From assembly GCA_013239625.1 (NCBI GenBank), contig MU054925.1:34451538-34515537 (forward strand): a stretch of 64,000 nucleotides of DNA, read 5' to 3'. Origin of the DNA: Lama guanicoe. Taxonomy: Eukaryota. How positions within the stretch are numbered: the first letter of the stretch is position 1; the number at the start of each line of letters is the position of its first letter. Positions 63,992-64,000 of the stretch are shown in pieces. A model generated the notes under the pieces. The model was not told where the DNA came from, did no database searches, and saw only the letters and a program-made list of their open reading frames with translations. The position numbers and the translations under genes were made by a program.

Positions 63992-64000
63992 ACCAGAAAT

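Overview
Mammalian genomic DNA (GC-rich, intron-containing, four N gaps), very probably a camelid (alpaca/llama/camel), judged from two Vic-1-type tRNA-derived SINEs. The window shows the TXNRD3 - C3orf22 - CHST13 gene order recalled from human 3q21. (1) TXNRD3 (thioredoxin-glutathione reductase, TGR), + strand: 14 coding exons (equivalent to exons 3-16, 199..25419), all GT-AG and in frame. They encode the end of the Grx domain, GGGSGG, CVNVGC, HPTCAE and a C-terminal Gly-Cys-Sec-Gly with an in-frame TGA at 25411-25413. A non-canonical SECIS (UUGAC core, extra side hairpin) follows at about 25541-25627. (2) The C3orf22 orthologue, + strand, has three coding exons (43425..46095) with intact splice sites but an in-frame TAG at codon 18. 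(3) CHST13, - strand: exons 2 and 3 are present, exon 1 lies beyond the window, and two N gaps fall in exon 3. The remainder is introns and intergenic DNA with L1, Tigger1, MLT1, MIR, L2 and MER5 relics. Most notable: the atypical three-way-junction SECIS; cysteine gains near the Sec-tail path of TXNRD3 (including the Tyr116-equivalent position); extreme exon-to-exon GC3 swings with an intragenic CpG island (gBGC-like); an L1-derived 3' splice signal for a constitutive exon; a SINE-derived cryptic acceptor that would give a Sec-less TXNRD3; and the C3orf22 nonsense codon. I found no wholly new gene system. All comparisons with human proteins and repeat consensus sequences are from memory, not from a search.
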